A stretch of DNA of 20,000 nt, from IMG/VR virus record IMGVR_UViG_3300020603_000009. One strand, written 5' to 3'. Positions 17,509 to 20,000 of the stretch are shown one piece after another (position 1 is the first letter of the stretch; each line of letters begins with the position of its first letter). The translations under genes were made by a program, and so were the position numbers. The stretch comes from an uncultured virus (IMG/VR IMGVR_UViG_3300020603_000009). Lineage: Duplodnaviria; Heunggongvirae; Uroviricota; Caudoviricetes. Under the pieces are notes generated by a model. It had not been told where the DNA came from. It ran no database searches and saw only the letters and a program-made list of their open reading frames with translations.

Positions 17509-17847
17509 TTACACTCTCCCATATGAATCTTCGTATCTTACAATGTCTTCTTCAGAAAATGAAGAACCTGTTTGTACTTCTATCACAACAAGATCTTCTG
17601 TTCCCATATTCTCTAAACGATGTTTTGTTCCGGCTGGAATAAAATATATCATTCCTGCTTGTATTGGAGAAATTTCATCGTCTAGTGTTACTTCTCCGGT
17701 TCCTTGTAGAACTGTCCAAAGCTCACTTCTTTTTTCGTGAGTTTGTAGACTAAACTTTTGACCTGGATTTATAACCAGTCTTTTTACTTTACATTTTTCT
17801 TCTTCGTGTAGAACTTGAAAAGTTCCCCATGGTCTTGTTTCCAACAT
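17509..17847 (-). CDS. Cupin protein, type II mannose-6-phosphate isomerase C-terminal domain-like (112 aa)
   Basis: RPWGTF...KVKRLVINPGQKFSLQTHEKRSELWTV...HRLEN...IEVQTG...EEDIVRYEDSYGR is the ManC/PMI C-terminal cupin signature; GGAG SD before ATG at 17847. Confidence 0.9.
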   Translation of the reverse strand: MLETRPWGTFQVLHEEEKCKVKRLVINPGQKFSLQTHEKRSELWTVLQGTGEVTLDDEISPIQAGMIYFIPAGTKHRLENMGTEDLVVIEVQTGSSFSEEDIVRYEDSYGRV

Positions 17848-17848
17848 A

Positions 17849-18949
17849 TTAAACTCCACTTAATTCTTTTTTAACTTTTGTTAAAGCAGAAGCAATTATC
17901 TGATGCATATCATAATATTTATATTCTGCTAATCTTCCACCTAATATATAGCGATTTTCTTTTTCAGTTAATAGCTTATATCTGTTATACATATCTAAAT
18001 TTTTTTCATCGGATATTGGATAATATGGAACTTTTGTATTATCGTATGAATCTGGATATTCTTTTGTTATAAATGTTTTTTCTTGTGTTCCAAATTCAAA
18101 ATGTTTATGTTCTGTTATTCTTGTATATGGAACTTCTTTTTCAGTGTAATTTACTACAGCATTTCCTTGAAAATCTCCATCTAATATTTCATTTTCAAAT
18201 TTTAAACTTCTATATTCTAATTGTCCATATTGATATTGAAATAATTCATCAATTTTTCCACTAAAAACTATTTTATTTGCTTTTTTTTCAAAATATTCTT
18301 TATCTTTTAAAAAATCTACTTCTGTTATTGTTTCTATTCCAGATAACATTTTTTCAAATATTTGTGTATATCCACCTATAGGTATACCTTGGTATTTATC
18401 ATTAAAATAATTATCATCATAAGTCAGACGAATTGGAAGTCTTTTTATTATTGAAGATGGAAGATGTTTTGGTTCTCTTCCCCATTGTTTTGTTGTATAT
18501 CCTTTTATAAAAATTTGATAGATCTCTTCTCCAACTTGAGACAATATCCAATCTTCTAAATTTAATGGATTATCATTTTTTATTTTAACTTTATCTAATT
18601 TCTGTCTTGCTTCTTCTGGGTTTTTAGTATCCCATAATTGATATAAGGTAAAAAGATTAATTGGAAAAGAATAAATATTATTTTTATAATTTACTTTTGG
18701 TCTATTAACATAGTGGTTGAAATCAGCAAATTGATTTATATAATCCCATATTCTTTTATCATTTGTATGAAATATGTGAGGACCATATTTATGGACATTT
18801 ATGTTTTCAATTTTTTCTGTGTAACAGTTTCCTCCAATATGATTTCTTTTCTCTAAAACAAGAACTTTTTTACCAATTTTATTTGCTTCATGAGCGTATA
18901 CAGAACCAAATATCCCACTTCCAACTATGATATAATCATATTTATTCAT
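17849..18949 (-). CDS. glf: UDP-galactopyranose mutase (366 aa)
   Basis: IIVGSGIFG FAD motif, HIGGNCY, HKYGPHIFHTN, YFNDKYQGIP, TRITEHKHF, PYYP, GRLAEYKYYDMHQ; full length. Confidence 0.97.
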   Translation of the reverse strand: MNKYDYIIVGSGIFGSVYAHEANKIGKKVLVLEKRNHIGGNCYTEKIENINVHKYGPHIFHTNDKRIWDYINQFADFNHYVNRPKVNYKNNIYSFPINLFTLYQLWDTKNPEEARQKLDKVKIKNDNPLNLEDWILSQVGEEIYQIFIKGYTTKQWGREPKHLPSSIIKRLPIRLTYDDNYFNDKYQGIPIGGYTQIFEKMLSGIETITEVDFLKDKEYFEKKANKIVFSGKIDELFQYQYGQLEYRSLKFENEILDGDFQGNAVVNYTEKEVPYTRITEHKHFEFGTQEKTFITKEYPDSYDNTKVPYYPISDEKNLDMYNRYKLLTEKENRYILGGRLAEYKYYDMHQIIASALTKVKKELSGV

Positions 18950-19473
18950 TTACAAATAATCCATTGGTTTTCATATATTATTATTTTATTTTCATAAATA
19001 TGTGAATTTTTTAACTTGTTTGATATATTAATAGTTTTTTTTAAATCAATATTTATATGTGAAGAAAATTTAATTACATCATTTCTAACTGAATCCCAAT
19101 TCCAGTCATCCCCAAATAATATTCCATTATTATTTAATAGTGAATAACATTTTTTAAGTTCCAAGAAAGTTTCTTCTTCCAAATGAGCAGAATCTAAATA
19201 TATAAAACTAGGAAGACTGCTTATTCTTTTTTCTTGAAAAAGTCTTTTTATTAAATCTACGCCTATCAAACTTGTACATTGTATAGGTAAAATGATGTTT
19301 TGATTTTGCGTATATATTATATTGCTTAAAAATCTATTGTAAATTGTTGGCTTGCCATCTTTTAAATTTAAAAATTTCCATTTATTATTTTGTAATAATT
19401 CTTTTTCCCAACACCACATGTTAACATCGCCACAAAAAGGATCGATACATATAATTTCATTTATTATATTCAT
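18946..19473 (-). CDS. Class I SAM-dependent methyltransferase-like (Methyltransf_24 type), apparently lacking the N-terminal SAM-binding motif I (175 aa)
   Basis: IICIDPF, FIYLDSAH...ELKKCYSLL...GILFGDDWNW...V fit the Methyltransf_24 C-terminal part; no E-x-G-x-x-x-G; in-frame TAG directly before the ATG. Confidence 0.7.
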   Translation of the reverse strand: MNIINEIICIDPFCGDVNMWCWEKELLQNNKWKFLNLKDGKPTIYNRFLSNIIYTQNQNIILPIQCTSLIGVDLIKRLFQEKRISSLPSFIYLDSAHLEEETFLELKKCYSLLNNNGILFGDDWNWDSVRNDVIKFSSHINIDLKKTINISNKLKNSHIYENKIIIYENQWIICK

Positions 19474-19489
19474 CTATTTTCCCTTTAAA

Positions 19490-20000
19490 TTAAAGAGTTC
19501 TCTTGTAGTTAAGAGATTGTCCCCAATTTGCTTTATTTTTATAAAGGTCTAAAGAAGGATAGTATTCTGTCCTTCTTTGCCCGCCAGTATTATACCAATT
19601 ATTGTTATCTACAACAAGAAAATGATTAATATTATTATAAATTAATGGTTTTGGTTCTGTTTTCCATAAAATATAATCTTCATTATTAACTCCCCATTTT
19701 TTCCATTGATCTAATGAAGATTCTGAATAATCAGAGTTTTTTATTGAAATAATTTTTTCTCTTACACTTAAAAGATAATCATATCTATACGAACCAATTG
19801 ACATAGAAGGACTTGTTTTTAATGCTAATTTTTCCGGTTTTTCAGATGGAATATTGTATAATAATTTTTTGAAATTCAAGCCAACTTTACAAGTATCGTG
19901 AATTAAAAACCAATATTCTGATTCAATTTGTTTTTCACATATTTCTATTAATGGAGTATAATCTATAGAATTGTGCTCTAATTCATAATATTTTATATTT
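19490..20000 (-). CDS. Hypothetical protein, possibly GT-A glycosyltransferase-like; 5' end outside the window
   Basis: The frame of the 129-aa track ORF stays open to the edge: NIKYYELEHNSIDYTPLIEICEKQIESEYWFLIHDTCKVGLNFKK...; YWFLIHDT resembles the hydrophobic strand plus DxD-like site, with a later NEDY motif; lies next to glf. Confidence 0.5.
   Translation of the reverse strand, partial: NIKYYELEHNSIDYTPLIEICEKQIESEYWFLIHDTCKVGLNFKKLLYNIPSEKPEKLALKTSPSMSIGSYRYDYLLSVREKIISIKNSDYSESSLDQWKKWGVNNEDYILWKTEPKPLIYNNINHFLVVDNNNWYNTGGQRRTEYYPSLDLYKNKANWGQSLNYKRTL

Larger units (their letters stand above)
1..20000 (-). other. Segment of a large myovirus-like phage genome (baseplate module, sigma factor block, glycan-modification cluster)
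   Basis: gp25-like, gp6/J-like, gp7/gpI-like and gp5-like genes in T4-like order; a phage-type sigma factor; one-strand coding with gaps of about 35 nt or less; no housekeeping genes. Confidence 0.85.

Noticed and set aside
16750..17859. Longer starts in the ORF track (16782, 17301, 17522, 17859; also 4502)
   Set aside because: Downstream ATGs at 16749, 17298, 17507, 17847 and 4499 have better SD placement or stop-start coupling.
2703..19552. All plus-strand ORFs in the track (61-141 aa)
   Set aside because: Antisense to well-supported minus-strand genes, with no recognisable motifs.
1..20000. Stop-codon reassignment
   Set aside because: Long genes are intact in code 11 and TAA, TGA and TAG each end genes at sensible boundaries; reading through the TAG before the methyltransferase does not restore motif I.
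1..20000. CRISPR arrays, tRNAs, introns, inteins, DGR repeats
   Set aside because: No gap over about 35 nt, no repeated DNA units noticed, and no RT, homing endonuclease or intein motifs seen.

Overview
AT-rich, gene-dense segment of a large contractile-tailed (myovirus-like) dsDNA phage. All 17 credible genes lie on the minus strand, mostly abutting or overlapping, and read in the standard code. In transcription order (right to left): a glycan-related cluster (partial glycosyltransferase-like gene, a class I methyltransferase lacking its SAM-binding N-terminus, UDP-galactopyranose mutase glf, cupin/mannose-6-phosphate isomerase-like); a small regulatory block (hypothetical, FmdB-type zinc ribbon, membrane-anchored protein overlapping a gp55/sigma70-like sigma factor); then a baseplate module (possible small terminase, gp5-like protein with a Cys/His peptidoglycan hydrolase domain, spike-like protein with HxH, a 76-aa ORF, a ~2,070-aa orphan, gp25-like, gp6/J-like, DNRLRE-domain protein, and a >1,025-aa gp7/gpI-like protein with two LamG-like domains that the ORF track missed because it runs off the left edge). 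Main leads: strong enrichment of [S/T]-G-[S/T] tripeptides in the two beta-sandwich baseplate proteins near a galactofuranose cluster (candidate virion glycosylation system), a possible +1 frameshift joining the 76-aa ORF to the giant gene, a recurrent TA(A/T)TTA candidate late promoter, and a dual-coded acidic/basic overlap at the sigma factor. Family calls come from motif recognition by eye; no searches were run.
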